Shown: one piece after another, positions 27,863-41,294 of the stretch | Numbering within the stretch: position 1 is the stretch's first letter | Layout: every line of letters starts with the position of its first letter | NCBI GenBank assembly: GCA_963788655.1 | Contig: CAWBHS010000059.1 | Span: 64,001-128,000 of the forward strand | Direction: 5' to 3' | DNA length: 64,000 nt | Source: an uncultured Verrucomicrobiae bacterium | Lineage (GTDB): Bacteria; Verrucomicrobiota; Verrucomicrobiia; Limisphaerales; JAFGQR01 | The notes under the pieces: generated by a model | Seen by the model: the letters and a program-made list of their open reading frames with translations, nothing else | Databases searched by the model: none | Told to the model about the DNA's origin: nothing | Program-made: the position numbers and the translations under genes

Positions 27863-29651
27863 ATGCTCATGCCGAAAGCAGCGCGCGCAGGTGAACGCAT
27901 CCTTCGGGGCATACCGGTTTCTCCCGGCGTGTGCCGCGGGAAGCTGCTGGTGTTGCCCGATCCGCAGGACACCACCATCCCCCAGCTCCACCTGGAAGAG
28001 GAGGAATTGACCCCGCAAATCCAGCGTTTCGAACATGCCTTGATCGAAACCCGCCGTCAGATTCACGAGATTCAGCGCCAAGTCAGCGAAAACCTGGGGC
28101 TCAAAGACGCCAGCATTTTCGAAGCGCACGTCCTCGGTACTGGAAGATCCCATTTTGCTCGATGAAATCAGCCGCATGGTCACCGAGGAGAAGATCAATG
28201 TGGAATTTGCGGTCCAGCGATTTGCCGAAAAATACATCGCCACTCTCAGCGCCAGTGATGACCAGTACTTGCGTGAGCGGGCCGCAGATTTGCGGGATGT
28301 CGCGGCCCGGCTGCTGAACAACCTGCTCGGCCGGGCGGAGGAAGCTGATCTCCGTCACCTGCCCGAACCGTGCATTATCATCAGCCACGATCTCACCCCG
28401 TCTCGTACGGCATTGCTCGACAAGAAGATGGTAATCGGTTTCGGCACGGATATCGGCAGCCGAACCTCGCACACCGCCATCATGGCCCGCTCATTGGGCA
28501 TTCCCGCGGTGGTCGGTCTGCAAAATGCCCGCCACGAACTGGTCACCGGCGAATACGCGCTGCTGGACGGCTACAACGGCCAGATCATCATCAATCCCAC
28601 CGACCAGACGTTGTTCGAATACGGCCAGTTGGTCCGCAAACAAGTTACGCTCCAGGAAAAGCTGCTGGAATCGCGCGACCAACCGGCGATCACGCTCGAT
28701 GGCGTGCGTGTGATGCTGTTGGCCAACGTCGAGCAACCCAGCGACACCGAAGCAGTCTTCGCCAGCGGGGCGGAGGGGGTGGGGCTGTTCCGCACTGAAT
28801 TCATGTTCATCAACCGGAACTCGCTGCCCACCGAGGAAGAGCAATACCTGGCTTACCGTCAGGTGGCCGCGGCGCTGAATCCCCGGCCGGTGGTGATTCG
28901 CACGCTGGATCTGGGCGGCGACAAGTTCCTCTCCCAACTCGGTGTGCCGACGGAAATGAATCCGTTTTTGGGGTGGCGCGCCATTCGGTTTTGCCTGGAA
29001 CATCGCGAGCTGTTTCGCAGCCAGTTGCGGGCGATCCTCCGCGCCAGTGCCGAGGGCAACGTCAAAATGATGTACCCGATGATTTCGGGGCTGGAGGAAT
29101 TGAACCGGGCCAATGCGTTCGTCGAGGAATACCAAGAGGAATTGCGCAAACAGAACATCCCGTTCAACGAACACCTCGAAACCGGGGCTATGATCGAAAT
29201 TCCTTCCGCGGCCCTGGCGGCGGAGTCACTCGGCAAACGGATCAAATTTTTCAGCATCGGCACCAACGATTTGATCCAATATTCCCTGGCAGTGGATCGT
29301 TTGAACGAAAAAATCGCCCACCTCTACGAACCAACGCATCCCGCCATCTTGCGGCTCATCAAGATGACGGCCGAAGCGGGGCAGAAGCTGGGAATCCCGG
29401 TCGCTGTCTGCGGCGAAATGGCCGGCGACCCGGTGATGGTTCCCCTGTTGCTCGGCTTGGGCGTTAATGAGTTGAGTGTGGCCCCGCTCAATGTGCCTCA
29501 AATCAAACATTTGATTCGACGGCTCAAGTTGAGCGACGTCCGGGAATTGACCGAAAGTGCCCTGAACTGTGATTCCGGGAACGAGATCCTGGCCCGGTTC
29601 GAAGCCTACACCCGCCGAATCGCCCCGGCGCTGTTTGAATCCCAGAATTAA
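27863..29651 (+). CDS. ptsI: PEP-protein phosphotransferase (PTS enzyme I); one extra base near 28137
   Basis: GIPVSPG, IFEAH, SHTAIMARSLGIPAVVG, GLFRTEF, NPFLGWRAIR, SIGTNDL, VCGEMAGD. Confidence 0.92.
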
Positions 29652-29668
29652 ATGGTTAAATTGCCTAC

Positions 29669-30430
29669 ATGAAAGTTGTTATTCTTGCGGCCGGGTACGC
29701 CACCCGCCTGTATCCGCTGACGCTCACCCGGGCCAAACCACTGCTCCCGGTGGCCGGCAAGCCGATGATCGACCATGTGCTGGACAACTTGGCCCCCATC
29801 GGTGGTTTGGACCGCATTTACATCGTGACCAACGCGAAGTTCGCCGACCAATTCCAGGCCTGGGCGGATGATTACCGGGCGCACAAAGCGAAGTTGGATT
29901 TTACCATCGTCAATGACGGCTCCACCGATGACAGCAACAAGCTGGGGGCCATTGGCGATCTGCACCTGGTGCTGACCCGCGAGAACCTTGATGACGACCT
30001 GCTGGTGGTGGCCGGAGACAACCTGTTCAGCCAGAGCCTCGAGGCCTTCGGTCGTTTCTGCCGTGAAAAACAGGCACCGGTGTTGGCGGTTTACGACGTC
30101 GGCAACCTCGAACAAATCAAGAAATTCAACGCGATCACCATCAATCAGGAGGGCAGCATCGAATTTTTCGAGGAAAAACCGCCGCAGCCGAAAAGCACCT
30201 TGACGGGCATCGCCCTCTATTTTTACCCGCGCTCGATGTTGCCGCTGATTCGCCAGTATGTGACCGAAGGCAACAATCCCGATCAACCCGGTCGGCTGGT
30301 CCAGTGGCTCTACCCGCGGGTGCCGGTTTACACGTGGCGGGTGCCGGGGCTCTGGTTCGACATCGGTGGCAAAGAGTCGCTCGAAGAAGCCAACCGCGTC
30401 TTTGGGGCGTCAACCGCTCCTCAGAGATAG
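29669..30430 (+). CDS. Sugar-phosphate nucleotidyltransferase
   Basis: VILAAGYATRLYPLT...KPLLPV, WFDIG. Confidence 0.88.
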   Translation: MKVVILAAGYATRLYPLTLTRAKPLLPVAGKPMIDHVLDNLAPIGGLDRIYIVTNAKFADQFQAWADDYRAHKAKLDFTIVNDGSTDDSNKLGAIGDLHLVLTRENLDDDLLVVAGDNLFSQSLEAFGRFCREKQAPVLAVYDVGNLEQIKKFNAITINQEGSIEFFEEKPPQPKSTLTGIALYFYPRSMLPLIRQYVTEGNNPDQPGRLVQWLYPRVPVYTWRVPGLWFDIGGKESLEEANRVFGASTAPQR

Positions 30431-30434
30431 ACCC

Positions 30435-30803
30435 ATGGACTGGATTGGTATCGCGATCGTCCTGGCGTTCATTGTTGCGGTAATTGCTTGGAAGCTGGCC
30501 GGCCAAATCAGCGTTGAACGCGCTCAATCCTGCCTGGAACAGGGAGCTAAGGTGATCGATGTGCGCAACCCGTCGGAATACCGCGCAGGCCACTTGCCGG
30601 GCACGATCAATATTCCGTTGAGTGACCTGCGCGAACAAATCGCCGCGCAGGCACCGAACAAAGAGCAGGTGTTGCTGCTTCATTGCGCCAGCGGTGGCCG
30701 CAGTGGCATGGGGGCGCGGCTTCTGAAACAGGCCGGCTACGCCAATGCGTTCAATCTCGGCTCTTATGGTCGAGCGCAGAAGATTATGCACCGCGCGTTG
30801 TGA
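30435..30803 (+). CDS. Membrane-anchored rhodanese-like protein
   Basis: IDVRNPSEY..GH, HCASGGRS. Confidence 0.88.
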   Translation: MDWIGIAIVLAFIVAVIAWKLAGQISVERAQSCLEQGAKVIDVRNPSEYRAGHLPGTINIPLSDLREQIAAQAPNKEQVLLLHCASGGRSGMGARLLKQAGYANAFNLGSYGRAQKIMHRAL

Positions 30804-30969
30804 TATGTGACTTGGGCACGATTGGGGAACGGCGATCGTTACCGCCACGTTCCTCCGCACTGCTGCGGGCCGCAAATAACCTGACCCAGTGCTTGCATTT
30901 CGCGCGGGGCCGCCTCATTCTTAGCCTGCGAATTCTTCGTGACCCACAGAACCGCGTCACTTTGGATAC

Positions 30970-32838
30970 ATGAGTAATCAAGCGCCAGACGACAGCATAT
31001 TTAATCTCGAGCAGCACTTTTTGCCGGCTTGGGCCAAACAATCACCCGATGAAAACCGTTTCGCCAACTATGAGGGCGAAACGGAACGACGGGGTGACCG
31101 ACGACGGGACCGAGGTGACCGACGGGATCGCCCCGCTGAACGTCGTGACCGGCCGGCTGGCCGCGGGCCAGGGCCTTCGCAAGGTCCGCGTCGCCGAGAC
31201 CAACGAGGCCGCGATAATCGAGGCCCGGACGACCGGAGACGGGACGGGCCACGGCCACCGCGGCAGGATCGCCCCGCCCCGCAACCGGTGCCACTGCCGG
31301 AAATCAATGTGGCGTTCGTGCCCGATGACAAGGGCGTGGACTCGCTGGCCAAGCAAATCAAAATGACCGGCCGCGCGTATCCGCTCTTCGACATTGCCCA
31401 CATGATCCTGTCCAAACCGGAGCGGCACTCGGTAACGTTCAGCGTTTGCAAGAACGCGGAGGGCAATCCGATCAATCCGTTGTATCTGTGCGCGCTGGAT
31501 GAAACGTTGTGGTTGTCGGCGGAAACGGCCATGCAGCACCTGTTGGAGAAGCATTTCACCACGTTCTATCAACCGGAACGGACGCAGGTGGAGCCTCCCA
31601 AAGGCACCTACACGTTTGTGGCCCAGTGCGGGATGAGCGGCGTGATTTTGGGTCCACCCAACCATCACGATTATCAAAACCAGCTTCGGAAACTGCATGC
31701 GGAACGGTTTTCCCGCATGCCGTTCGACACCTTCAAAGCGCGCGTCAAAATCGTGCGCGAGGAAACGGTGGTCAAAAAATGGATCGACGATCAAAGCTAC
31801 AAGACCCATTACCTTTGTCTCAACATGCCGGAACCGCTCCGGTTGGAAACCCGGGAAGAAGCGGAACAACATTTTCGCGAAACGCACCTGCCAAACCTGG
31901 TGCAGTTGGTGGAAACCTTCCGCATGAGCGGTGTTGCCAGTCGCAATATTCGCGAACTTGGGCTGCGGCGCCTGGTGCGCCAAGTTTGGGAAGACCAACG
32001 GCGGTTCCCCATTCAAGTGGCCACGGTGCTGAGCCAACAGTTCGCGGCCAGCGGGCTCCAATTCTTCAAGGTCAACAAAACGGTGACGCATGTGGCCGTC
32101 GCCCGCCCGCATTACTTGGATTTGGAGGTCACGCCAGTGTCCGAAGGTGTGCGGCAGATTGTCAATTTCATCAATACGAACCCGAGGTGTACGCACAACC
32201 AACTTTTGGAGGCACTGGCCCCCGTACCGGGGGGTGATGACACAGTCGAGCCGACCCCGGAACGCACTGCCGTGATCGCTGATTTGCATTGGCTGGTGCA
32301 TGAGGGCCACGTCATTGAATTTGCCAATGGGGTGCTGGAAACCGCCAAGAAGCCGGTGGTCAAGCCACCCAAACCGGCCCCCGTTCCCACCGCTCCTCCG
32401 CCGGCTCCCCCGAGCAGCGAGTCCACAACTCCTGTGCCGACAGCCACCGAAGCCGGATCCGCAGTCACGGAGTCCGCTCCCGCTGCATCCCCAAGTCCGA
32501 AGCCTCAAGCGGGAGCGCCGGTGCCAGCCGAACTGACGACGGCTGGACCAACGCCAACCGCGATCGAGCCAGCGCCGCCGTCGGAACCGAAGTCGAGCGA
32601 ATCCACTCCGGTGGCCTCGGTAGAACCGCAGTCGGAAAGTCCGGCAGTGTCCGAATCTGAAACGGTCAAGTCACCGGAAGACCCGCCTGCTGCCGCGGTT
32701 TCGCCAGCAGGATCGGAGCCTGCGGTTGCGGATACAAGGGCTATGAAACCCACCTCGGCAACCAACGAGCCCAGCCCTTCCTCGGAGCCGGAGCAATCCC
32801 CGGCCGCCACCTCCTCTCCGGAAAAGAAGCAATCCTGA
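30970..32838 (+). CDS. Hypothetical protein with Arg-rich N-terminus and Pro/Ser-rich tail
   Basis: 622-aa ORF with a globular central region. Confidence 0.75.
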   Translation: MSNQAPDDSIFNLEQHFLPAWAKQSPDENRFANYEGETERRGDRRRDRGDRRDRPAERRDRPAGRGPGPSQGPRRRDQRGRDNRGPDDRRRDGPRPPRQDRPAPQPVPLPEINVAFVPDDKGVDSLAKQIKMTGRAYPLFDIAHMILSKPERHSVTFSVCKNAEGNPINPLYLCALDETLWLSAETAMQHLLEKHFTTFYQPERTQVEPPKGTYTFVAQCGMSGVILGPPNHHDYQNQLRKLHAERFSRMPFDTFKARVKIVREETVVKKWIDDQSYKTHYLCLNMPEPLRLETREEAEQHFRETHLPNLVQLVETFRMSGVASRNIRELGLRRLVRQVWEDQRRFPIQVATVLSQQFAASGLQFFKVNKTVTHVAVARPHYLDLEVTPVSEGVRQIVNFINTNPRCTHNQLLEALAPVPGGDDTVEPTPERTAVIADLHWLVHEGHVIEFANGVLETAKKPVVKPPKPAPVPTAPPPAPPSSESTTPVPTATEAGSAVTESAPAASPSPKPQAGAPVPAELTTAGPTPTAIEPAPPSEPKSSESTPVASVEPQSESPAVSESETVKSPEDPPAAAVSPAGSEPAVADTRAMKPTSATNEPSPSSEPEQSPAATSSPEKKQS

Positions 32839-33025
32839 TTTGACCGTCACCTTGCTGCCGGCATCTTGCCGGCGGTTTGGAATGGCGGCCAGACCTGAGC
32901 ACGACGTTGACGCATGGATTCGGAGCGGGTTCCATTGAGTTCTGGCCCGATTTGGATTTGCTGGTTTTTAGCTTTGCTTTCCTTTGGCTTTTTACGTATG
33001 GTTTGCGCAATAGCTTTCCAGCAAT

Positions 33026-34174
33026 ATGTCAGGGCAGTTTGCGTGCAGGATATGTATCGCAGGGATGGTGAATTGGTTCTTAATGTTCGGTTCGAGCTCC
33101 GCGCTTTGGTCGGCGGAAGAATTGGGGAACTCGGAGCCTACGCTTGAAGTAACCAACGATGAGCCGGCAACCGTGCAGAGCACGAATGCCGGTATCAGTG
33201 GCATTGAATTCTCCAATGCCGTGGACCGGGTGGTGGAGCAAACCCAGCGTTCCTTTCTGATCCTCCAGGAACAATTGCGCTCCTCGATGCAGATGCTCGA
33301 GCAAGCGCGCCAGGAATCTGAAGTGGCCTCCCGGTTGCACGCAGCGGCCATCTCGAACCGCATCTCCCTGCTGGAGCAAACTCTGACGGCCCAGCGCGCG
33401 AATGATCTGACCTTGGTCGAGAATGCCAATCGTCATCTGCTGCTTGTCATCGCCAGTTTTGCCGGCGTGCTGGTGCTGCTGGTGTTGGTCATCGTTTGGT
33501 TTCAAGTTCGTTCCCTCAATCGCCTGACGGAGGTGGTGACCCTGTATCGGGAGCCGTTGCCTTACAGTGCGCCGCCCGCAGCCGCACTGGCGATGGGAAG
33601 CGATCCGCCCCCGACTGTGCGCACTGAGCCCGATTCCAGCCAGCGGTTGCTGGGCGCCGTCGAACGGCTCGAACAGCGTATTCAGGAACTCGAGCACACC
33701 GCGACGCCGGAGCTGACTCCGACTACACCGCAATCGGACGGTGCCAAGGTTATCGAAGTGCCGTTACCCGTAGTTCGAGAACCTGTTCCAAGTGAGGAGT
33801 TCCCGGCAGAGACGGCGAGCAATTCAACCGAAGAAGAGGACGATCGTGTCAACTGGCTGCTGGGCAAAGGCCAATCGTTTCTCAATGCCGGCCAGGTGGA
33901 AAAGGCGATGGCCTGTTTTGACGAAGTGATCGTGCATGAGCCTCACCACGCGGAAGCCCTGATGAAAAAGGGGGTCGTGCTCGAACGGCAGGAACGATAC
34001 AAGGAAGCGCTCGATTATTACGACCGAGCCATTGAAGCCAACCGGTCGCTGACGTTGGCTTACCTGCACAAAGGCGGGGTATTCAATCAGTTGGAACGCT
34101 TCGACGAAGCGCTGCAGTGTTACGAGCAAGCTTTGCGGTTGCAACAATTGACCGGCAACAACCGGTCCGAGTAA
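33026..34174 (+). CDS. Membrane protein with C-terminal TPR repeats (start uncertain)
   Basis: One TM segment; TPR-like helices (KG..L....RY.EAL.YYDRAI, KG.VF....RF.EAL.CYEQAL). Confidence 0.8.
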   Translation: MSGQFACRICIAGMVNWFLMFGSSSALWSAEELGNSEPTLEVTNDEPATVQSTNAGISGIEFSNAVDRVVEQTQRSFLILQEQLRSSMQMLEQARQESEVASRLHAAAISNRISLLEQTLTAQRANDLTLVENANRHLLLVIASFAGVLVLLVLVIVWFQVRSLNRLTEVVTLYREPLPYSAPPAAALAMGSDPPPTVRTEPDSSQRLLGAVERLEQRIQELEHTATPELTPTTPQSDGAKVIEVPLPVVREPVPSEEFPAETASNSTEEEDDRVNWLLGKGQSFLNAGQVEKAMACFDEVIVHEPHHAEALMKKGVVLERQERYKEALDYYDRAIEANRSLTLAYLHKGGVFNQLERFDEALQCYEQALRLQQLTGNNRSE

Positions 34175-34256
34175 CGTTGCCGTGGACGTGGTTCCCTCGG
34201 TATTCGGCTGGCGCTGGAAATGGAGCTTGTATCGTGACGCACACGACAATGGCTAG

Positions 34257-34526
34257 TACCTGTGACAAAGAATTTTCGACACATGCGTTGCCTGGATTTC
34301 TTGGCGCTGCCAAGGCGCGAGAGACGAGCATACCCCTCAGCGGTCTGTAAGGAGCGAGCAACGCCGGCAGCGACGAAAAAGACGGCAACCCGGAGGGCTG
34401 CGCCAGATTTGAATTCTGGCTTCGTTGCTCCTCAGTCACAGAGCACTGCGGCTATGCTCCTTCGTCGCGCCTCGCCAGAATTCAAATCTGGCGCAGCGCA
34501 TGTATCGAAAATTCTTTGTCACAGTA
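34257..34526. mobile_element. 270-bp non-autonomous MITE-like element with CTAG flanks
   Basis: ~30-bp terminal inverted repeats (TACCTGTGACAAAGAATTTTCGACACATGCG / CGCATGTATCGAAAATTCTTTGTCACAGTA); CTAG at 34253-34256 and 34527-34530; internal perfect 24-bp inverted repeat at 34397-34420/34474-34497. Confidence 0.82.
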
Positions 34527-35978
34527 CTAGTCGATCTTGACCTTGAACAGTTCGTGTTCTTCGGCTTCTTTGCGAGCCAGTTGCTGCTCAAGCAGGGCAA
34601 TACGCTGTTCATAGGCGCGCAGTCTTTCGGTAAGGGGAGCCTGAACTTTGGCCAGGCGTTCCTCCAATTTGGCAAGGTCCGCAGCGGCCTGTTGTTGAGT
34701 AGCCAGCGAATGGTTGCGTTGCGCAAGCATTCCCTGCACCAGCCGGGTCTTGAGCCAGCGCGCCAGCAACGGCAGCAGCCCGGCGCGCATCATCGCGGTC
34801 GCCTGATCGGCCCGCCTTTCCGCCGTGAGGGCGCGCGCCTGCCAGGAGTCCGAAGCGGTCAATGCGGGAGCGACCACAGGGGTGGCGCAATTCGGGCAGA
34901 GCAATTGCCCAGAACCCGTGGATTCGATCAATAGCTGTGGGCTCCGCACTTGATGGCGTCGCCGCTTTACTAGGCGGGTTGCGGCCACCAACGCGACCAG
35001 GAAAATCACAATCAGGATGGGCATCAACCATTGGTTTAGTGCGGATCCGTTGGTCAGTTCTCGGCGAGCGTTCTCCATCCAGTCCGTCCAAGTACTCCCC
35101 TGGGATGCATCCTTCATCCGTTCCCTTAATTCATCCAAAGCGGCCTTGGTTCGGACGTCCACTCGTTGCCCGGCCGCCAGAATGACTTGGCCCGGAAAAT
35201 ATTCAGTGGCGGCGACAATCGCCATCGTGCGTGACTGCTGAAATTTCCGAATCAACACTTTATCCCGGATGCAATTGGGTTGCAGAAAGGCGGCAAGGAA
35301 ATCCGCGTCAGCCTGACCTTCGGGAGGAAATTCGCGACGCACTATTTGCCTCAGTTTGGACAAGGTGATGAGATTTGTGGCATCGACTCGCGAAGCCAAT
35401 CCTTGCCAGGCCGCCCAATCCGCGTTATCCGCCTTGGCCGCGGCCGGGAGAAGCCAGACATAGCCAGGGCCGGGGGCATTGGTTGCCGGCAACTCATCGC
35501 TGCTTATGTAATGGCTCATGAACGCCCGCAGCAGAATACTCCACTCGCTCCGCAGCATTTCATCCGACTGCTCCAAGGCCCAACGTTCCATAAAATGAGA
35601 GCTTGTCGGCGTGTCCTGATGCTGTTGCTGGAATAGGACAACATAGTTCGCGTACCGTTTTCCTTGTAACACGCTGGGATCCAACTGCTCCCGGTGGAAG
35701 AGGTATTTCAAGCCGAGAAGGAATTGGCTGCGCTGGTCATTCAGGGTCGAATGGAAATTGGTTTCTACTTCGCTGGCCGCAGTGGAATGGAACCGGAAGA
35801 TTACGGGTGTTTTTCGGACCTCGTTATGGTGCAGCAATTGCGTCCGTTCGGGATCCGGTACCAGCAAGTGGATCGGGGTGACAAGGTTCGACGAGGCCAG
35901 GTCGCCGACCTGGAGGTCCGGGAGGGCGGCGGAAGCGATCGGCAAGCCAATCATCAGGCCAGCGAGGCCAAATTCCAT
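34527..35978 (-). CDS. Hypothetical membrane protein with C-terminal coiled coil
   Basis: 483-aa ORF with one TM segment, a CPNC motif and a coiled-coil tail. Confidence 0.7.
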   Translation of the reverse strand: MEFGLAGLMIGLPIASAALPDLQVGDLASSNLVTPIHLLVPDPERTQLLHHNEVRKTPVIFRFHSTAASEVETNFHSTLNDQRSQFLLGLKYLFHREQLDPSVLQGKRYANYVVLFQQQHQDTPTSSHFMERWALEQSDEMLRSEWSILLRAFMSHYISSDELPATNAPGPGYVWLLPAAAKADNADWAAWQGLASRVDATNLITLSKLRQIVRREFPPEGQADADFLAAFLQPNCIRDKVLIRKFQQSRTMAIVAATEYFPGQVILAAGQRVDVRTKAALDELRERMKDASQGSTWTDWMENARRELTNGSALNQWLMPILIVIFLVALVAATRLVKRRRHQVRSPQLLIESTGSGQLLCPNCATPVVAPALTASDSWQARALTAERRADQATAMMRAGLLPLLARWLKTRLVQGMLAQRNHSLATQQQAAADLAKLEERLAKVQAPLTERLRAYEQRIALLEQQLARKEAEEHELFKVKID

Positions 35979-36238
35979 GACCTTCCGCCTTAACCCAGTT
36001 CGAATGGATGAATGCCTGTCGATGTCGGCCAGCGATAACGGGGATTTCTTTTAGAAGCAAGCCGGAAAACCGCTGGATACGCAAAACTCAGGACAACAAG
36101 CCAACGAAGTGCAGGTCGTCAATGTTTTGGCGCAAAAAACGCTGCCCAAGGCCCATCGAAAACTAATCGGACACTGGATTGGATTTCTGGATCCCAGAGC
36201 GTGTTAATCGACTGAACCCCGGTTATCGGTCAAAACGG

Positions 36239-37738
36239 ATGAGACTCACTTGCTGTTTGGTTTGGATAGGGATGTGCGCGGTTTTGGCCACTGATGGCGC
36301 CGTGTTGCAGACCAACCAACCCGCCCCCGGCGGGAACAAATTCCTTTTTATCGTGGACACTTCGAGTGCCATGAAAAAGGTCGCCTTGCCCAGCCGCCAG
36401 GCGGTATTTGACATGATTTACACCGGCCTCTACGACCAAATGAAAGCAGGCGATTCGTATGGTTTGTGGACTTTTAACCAGGAACCGTTCACGAGCATCT
36501 TCCCGATGCAAATCTGGCATCCGCAGCAAACCATGGCGCTGGCGAGCCACGCCGCCAAGTTTTTGCGGGACCAACCTTATCGTAACCGTGCCCGTCTCGG
36601 CCCTTTAATGGACAAAGTGTTGACCATCATCACGGGGGTAAAGGACGTGACTGTTTTCATCATTTCGGATGAGAACACACAAGTGCAAGGGACTCCGTTC
36701 GACAACCAACTTAAGGCAGCATACACGCTCAACGCCGAAGAAAGCGCCAAAGCCACCCAACCTCTCATCACCACCCTGACAGCCAGAGGAGGAGAAATCG
36801 TCAGTGCCTCGGTCCATATTGCCGGCAATCCGATCCTGCTCATCCAGCCGGCAGAAACAATTCCCAACCAGTACCAAGAACATCCACTGGCCAGCGGCAA
36901 GACGAACAGGCAAACCGTTGCCGTCACGAAGGTTCAATCGACCAATTCACCGGCGTCAACCTCGGCGCAATCTCGTGGCAACCAGGCCTCATCAAAGCCA
37001 CGTGAGCCGTTCGGCGGGAACCGGAAAGCCAAGGCATTCGGAACAAAAGCAGGCAACTCTGCCATGCGCAGTTTTGCGGATAGTGGAGCCAAGCAAGTGC
37101 CCAGCGATACTGCGTCTAAATCCGTAGGAAATGAAGTTGCCCTACCGCCAACTCACACCAATAACCAACGAGGGAGCGGTTCCATGAAGGATATCGTTGA
37201 CTCCAACCCGGCGATCCCGCGCGATTCAACTGCAGAAACGACGTCGCAGGCTGTGGTTTCGAGCGGTTCAAGGAAGAACAATTCAAACGTCGAACAGAGG
37301 GAGACCTCAGCCGCTACTCGTCCGAATCCCAAATTGGCGCCCGAGGTGGGAGCGCCCGCTCCATACCCGGCAACGGCGACTAGCTCCGAAGCTGCGGACG
37401 CAATCCCGAAAAATGCTGGGGATGAGGTCATGGAACCTTCATCAGCGAATGGGGTGACAGTCCCAAGTAAATTCGTTGCTATCGAAACCACCTCTGGAAT
37501 TCTGCCGGTGGCGGCTCGGGAACTCGCAGCAAACAGGAATACGCCGATACGGGATTCGCTGGTATTGGGCGATGGTGGACACCCCGCTCACGACAGCTTC
37601 AAACCCGGGACATTGCTGCTGATCGGTGGCGCTTTGCTGCTGGTCTTTTTGGCGCTTGTCCTGATTGGCTGGCAGAAGGCCCGCTCACAGCAGCCCCAGG
37701 AAAGCTATATCACGCGGTCCATGAATCGAATGCGATAA
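36239..37738 (+). CDS. Secreted or anchored protein with a vWA-like N-terminal domain
   Basis: Signal peptide, FLFIVDTSS (MIDAS-like), VFIISD, low-complexity linker, C-terminal TM segment. Confidence 0.65.
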   Translation: MRLTCCLVWIGMCAVLATDGAVLQTNQPAPGGNKFLFIVDTSSAMKKVALPSRQAVFDMIYTGLYDQMKAGDSYGLWTFNQEPFTSIFPMQIWHPQQTMALASHAAKFLRDQPYRNRARLGPLMDKVLTIITGVKDVTVFIISDENTQVQGTPFDNQLKAAYTLNAEESAKATQPLITTLTARGGEIVSASVHIAGNPILLIQPAETIPNQYQEHPLASGKTNRQTVAVTKVQSTNSPASTSAQSRGNQASSKPREPFGGNRKAKAFGTKAGNSAMRSFADSGAKQVPSDTASKSVGNEVALPPTHTNNQRGSGSMKDIVDSNPAIPRDSTAETTSQAVVSSGSRKNNSNVEQRETSAATRPNPKLAPEVGAPAPYPATATSSEAADAIPKNAGDEVMEPSSANGVTVPSKFVAIETTSGILPVAARELAANRNTPIRDSLVLGDGGHPAHDSFKPGTLLLIGGALLLVFLALVLIGWQKARSQQPQESYITRSMNRMR

Positions 37739-37795
37739 ACGCGCGATTCGTCGCCAGATGGTTTTGCCGGCAATCGGTCAATAACCAGCGAAAAC

Positions 37796-37823
37796 AAAAA
37801 ACCCCGCCGAAATCGGCGGGGTT
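37796..37823 (-). terminator. Rho-independent terminator of rplM-rpsI
   Basis: CCCCGCCGA-AA-TCGGCGGGG stem with a T-run on the minus strand, ~20 nt after the true rpsI stop. Confidence 0.85.
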
Positions 37824-37842
37824 GGAGAATACCCAAGCAAAC

Positions 37843-38245
37843 TTAACGTTTGCTGTACCTGAAATCGCTTACGGGCGCCAGGCTGGCCGTATTTCTTACG
37901 TTCCTTCATACGCGGATCCCGCGTCAAGAAACCGCCGGCTTTTAGCACGGGCCGAAGGTTGGGGTCGGCGTTGATGAGGGCACGAGCGATCCCGTGCCGC
38001 ACCGCACCGGCCTGACCGCTGGGACCGCCGCCGCGAACATTTACCCGAATGTCAAATTTGGTGGCCGTGTCCGTAGCGGTCAGCGGCTGCGAGGCTTGCA
38101 TGCGCAAGGTTTCGGTCAAAAAGTAATTTTCAAATGGGCGGCCATTGACAACGATCTTGCCGTTGCCCGAGGCGATCCGCACTCGAGCCACCGCTGTTTT
38201 GCGTCGGCCGGTGCCAAGCTGTTCCTGGGAAGTTGTGTTATCCAT
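37843..38245 (-). CDS. rpsI: 30S ribosomal protein S9 (one extra base near 37859)
   Basis: [39 protein letters not shown]; removing one base restores KRFQYSKR*. Confidence 0.95.
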
Positions 38246-38274
38246 TTGTCAAAAAATGTTGAGACTAGGGGCGC

Positions 38275-38709
38275 TCAGTTGGCGACTTTCAGCGGTTCCG
38301 GTCGTTGTGCGGAGTGCGGATGAGCTGGACCTTTGTAAACCTTGAGTTTGGTCAAGAGCACCTTGCCCAACCGGTTCTTCGGGATCATTCCCTTCACGGC
38401 GTGGGTAATCAGGCGCTCCGGATGGCGTCCGCGGATTTGAGGGACGGAACGGTATTTCTCGCCACCCCTCCAACCGGAGTAACTCATGTAGGTTTTGGTG
38501 GATTCTTTCTTGCCCGTGAGTCGCACTTTCTCCGCATTGACGACGATCACAAAGTCGCCGGCATCCAAGTGCGGCGTGAAGACCGCCTTGTTTTTGCCAC
38601 GTAGCGTGTTGGCAATTTGCGCCGCCAACCGGCCCAAAACCGCGCCATCGGCATCAATCACATGCCACTTGCGCTGGTCCAAATTCACTTTCGGAATCAA
38701 AGTTTTCAT
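38275..38709 (-). CDS. rplM: 50S ribosomal protein L13
   Basis: WHVIDA..LGRLA..IA..LRGK, FTPHLDAGDFVIVVNAEK, HPHSAQ. Confidence 0.96.
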   Translation of the reverse strand: MKTLIPKVNLDQRKWHVIDADGAVLGRLAAQIANTLRGKNKAVFTPHLDAGDFVIVVNAEKVRLTGKKESTKTYMSYSGWRGGEKYRSVPQIRGRHPERLITHAVKGMIPKNRLGKVLLTKLKVYKGPAHPHSAQRPEPLKVAN

Positions 38710-38807
38710 CAAATCCAATCAAAGGAACGCGAAGAGTATCAAAGCACAACGCCAAGTCAATAGACATTTTTGGCATTTTAAAATATCACTTCACGTATCG
38801 AAACTGA

Positions 38808-41139
<2,332 letters not shown>

Positions 41140-41294
41140 TCTCCGAGCTTTTTTCGAACATGACGACCCAGGGTGGCCTTACTGCAAGGCTGCCCTGGGT
41201 TGCGTGATGAAATCCCCTTGAAATTCAAGTCAACGGCAACCGCCAGGGCCGTGCATTGAGATCACGGAGGTGTAGGCCGGTCTGGGGCTCATAA

